A stretch of DNA of 62,400 nucleotides, the filler included, from Hausera hauseri (Eukaryota), in the NCBI GenBank assembly GCA_046269625.1. It is 12 parts of 12 records of this genome, joined end to end, with 100 filler letters (N's around TTAATTAATTAA, not from the genome) between each part and the next. Parts side by side here need not be neighbours in the genome. Positions count along the whole stretch, not along the records: positions 58,368 to 62,400 come from JBJURY010805643.1; 11 more parts are not named here. One strand, given 5' to 3'. The notes under the pieces were generated by a model, which saw only the letters and a list, made by a program, of their open reading frames with translations, was not told the DNA's origin and ran no database searches. Shown piece by piece: positions 59,780 to 62,400 of this stretch. The position numbers were made by a program, and so were the translations under genes. Each line of letters begins with the position of its first letter. The first letter of the stretch is position 1.

Positions 59780-62400
59780 TACTAAGAATCCACCCGATAA
59801 AATTTATGGAGATATCACGCTACCCATCTTGTCGTTTATTACCGTTACTTTCCATCCACCATTTTGTAAATAATAAATTAATACATACCGCACATAACAA
59901 TGAATCGACACCATACAATTATATGGCCTCATTCATAAATCTACATCCTTCAATGACTTCTATTTGACTCACAATTGATTCATTTTAACTGACCTCCCAC
60001 ACACCTTGTCCTCACAATACTACCTCTGTATTCACATCTACCCTAGAATCCGCGGCGATGTGATTTCGTCACCAACCAGTGACATCACAGAAAAGGTGAC
60101 CACACAACCTAAATCCATTGTCTACTGTCAAAAATCATACCATCTAACTCCTTCAACCGATACTAGCTTTTCTCACAAAACCCCTAAAATTACACTTTCA
60201 CATTGCTCTAAATACTTTACAGACAATGAAAACTCTAGTAAGACTTGGCTCCACTTCCATCAACATTGGCTACAATCCAACGGCATTACTGACTCGTTAA
60301 CCAGAACCAATAATCTACTCTACCTTCTACCAAATTCCATAAAGACATCAGTCAATAACTTACTGGACATTTTCAACATTCTGACCCTTATATGCAATTG
60401 TTCAATTCTGTATTAAAGCTAACAGAACCACCAATTGACTCGATAATACAACGATTCTTTAATGAAAACGCAATGAGGACACAAAAACCTAGTGATTTCT
60501 TACGCACTTCATTGGTCCACTTTCGTACCCTGGGTGTTACCAAGGAACACAATCCGGATCTACTCCGCCGATATTTTCTTAATGCATTAGCTATTCAAAT
60601 TAGGGATTTACTTACTGTTGTTTAGAATTCTACAGCTTTAGATAAACTAGCTGAATTGGCCGATAAAGTACACGAAGTTGAACAAATACAGTCACAACCC
60701 ATCATATCAGCCGCAATAACGACCTATGACAGTCGGCGACATACATCTATTGAACACCAATTGAACCAATTACGCGCCGAAAATGCGGCACTACAATACA
60801 CAATCAACAACTTCAATGATAAACTGAATGACTTTCCTCACATCGACGAAATGCTTGCTCCCCTCATCAAACGCGTTCTGTCTCAAGAAATCAAACACCC
60901 TCACCAAAGCGTTCATTTATATTTTATTATCATAACAAATTTAATAACAAAGCAAATAAATGCTGTTTAGGCTGTAGATATTATTCTTCGCATCTACACT
61001 CAGATAACATAATTTGCATCTATCATGCAAAATTTGGATCTAATGCTCGGAATTGTATTTCAGGCTGTAACTATAAAAATAACCATAACTACACCACTGA
61101 TAGACGTTCCAGTTTCTTTAGCATTAACCGTCCCAATTCACCAATCTAAAAAAATGATTTAGCCGCCAGTATTCACGGCAGAATCTGGCAAAGGCAACTT
61201 ACCTACTTCTTCTTGACGACACACTTATTTTACAGTCTTTACACTAAAAGCTGCTATCTCCACTGCTAACATTTAATCCATAGACTTTCTCATCGATATC
61301 GGTGCAGCGATCTCATTACTACCACTTTCTTTTCCGGTTCAGCATTCTTCACTTAAAACAAAACCGTTACACACCGCCTCCAGTCAACCCCTTCATATTG
61401 CCGGAACTTGCAAACTATCTTTCACTCTCCCAAAATTTTCCTCACCATTTCATTGGACGTTTACAGTCGCTAACGTCCAGACGGCAATACTTGGCTCCGA
61501 TTTCCTGTCACATTATAACTTGCTAGTCGATTGTAACCAACGATGCCTGAAATCAAATACACCTGAAGACTGTAGTACATAAATAGGCAGCACTCCGAAG
61601 ACAGCACAACCAACGATAAGTATGCAAGCAATCTTAAAATAGTCAACACAACATCCTAATTCTCTTAACTATCACATTTTATCTCGTAATCTGTCAAAGG
61701 ACAATGTCGATAGTCAATCACAGCTCAATGTCGACAATCACGATCTTGTATCTTCAGTAAAATCATTGAACATCAACACTTACTCAAATAAGACATCAGA
61801 CACGACCATCTTACATCAAATTCCACTCGATTCCTCACCAACAATCAACCAACATTCACCAAGTACTGCTAGCAACCTTGGTTCATCGTCACTGCCAATA
61901 TTCCAGCAACTACCCGTAAGCTTACAATTCATCAGTCTTCTTGTCCTCGTATATTTCAGAAAGATCGGAATTTCACCTTTGTAAACGACATTTACCACCA
62001 TATAATTACACGACACCAAAGACCAATTCGACAAAAGGTTTGCCCATTGCTACCGCGTCGCAGGCAGGCAGTAGAGGCGGAATTTTTTGAACTCGAACAA
62101 TCAGGTATTATCCGTAGATCTAAATCCCCTTGATCTTCGCCTCTCCACGTTGTCCAAAAAAAGATGGATCCTTCCGACCATGCGGCGATTATTGCCAGCT
62201 TAATACTTTAACCATAATGGATGCATATCCACTACCATTAATCAAAAACATATTACATCGGCTTAATACTACTACAGTCTATTCAACAATTGATTTAGCC
62301 AAAGCTTACCACAAAATACCTGTCGCACCTGAAGACATCGAGAAAACTGCAGTTACCACACGCCTTAGTCTTTATGAGTATTTGTATATGCCTTTCGGTC
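59780..62400 (+). mobile_element. Gypsy/Ty3 LTR retrotransposon (CsRN1/Kabuki-like), second copy of the 11400-13932 family, decayed
   Basis: VLKLTEPPIDSIIQRFFN..QKPSDFL..LLRRYFLNAL..LADKVHE; double knuckle; FLIDIGAAISLLP; ILGSDFLSHYNLLVD; KDGSFRPCGDY..DAYPLP..IDLAKAYHKIPV. 5' boundary approximate. Confidence 0.9.

Overview
This is not a contiguous locus. It is 12 short contigs (about 4-7 kb each) from an AT-rich animal genome, joined by artificial 100-nt linkers (44 N + TTAATTAATTAA + 44 N), so adjacency across linkers means nothing. Most of the content is decayed mobile DNA: hAT, mariner/Tc1, piggyBac and Sola2-like DNA transposons; CR1/L2-, Ingi-, RTE- and Penelope-type retroelements; two copies of a CsRN1-like Gypsy family; and endogenous Polinton/adintovirus DNA (a virion gene module plus two different protein-primed DNA polymerases). 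One host gene looks intact: an RS-rich protein with two micro-introns. Four host-gene fragments are decayed and intronless (TDRD9/spindle-E, glycyl-tRNA synthetase, an Ikaros/Hunchback zinc finger, ANAPC1). The most unusual item is contig 44940-49583. There a Gypsy-type integrase reads straight into a long, now-decayed cargo region: signal/TM segment, three FN3-like modules, a REXO4/ISG20-like exonuclease domain lacking catalytic residues, and a RING finger. Also notable is a -1 frameshift cassette whose RNA structure is supported by compensatory changes between two Gypsy copies. All family calls are by manual translation and motif recognition; no database searches were run.
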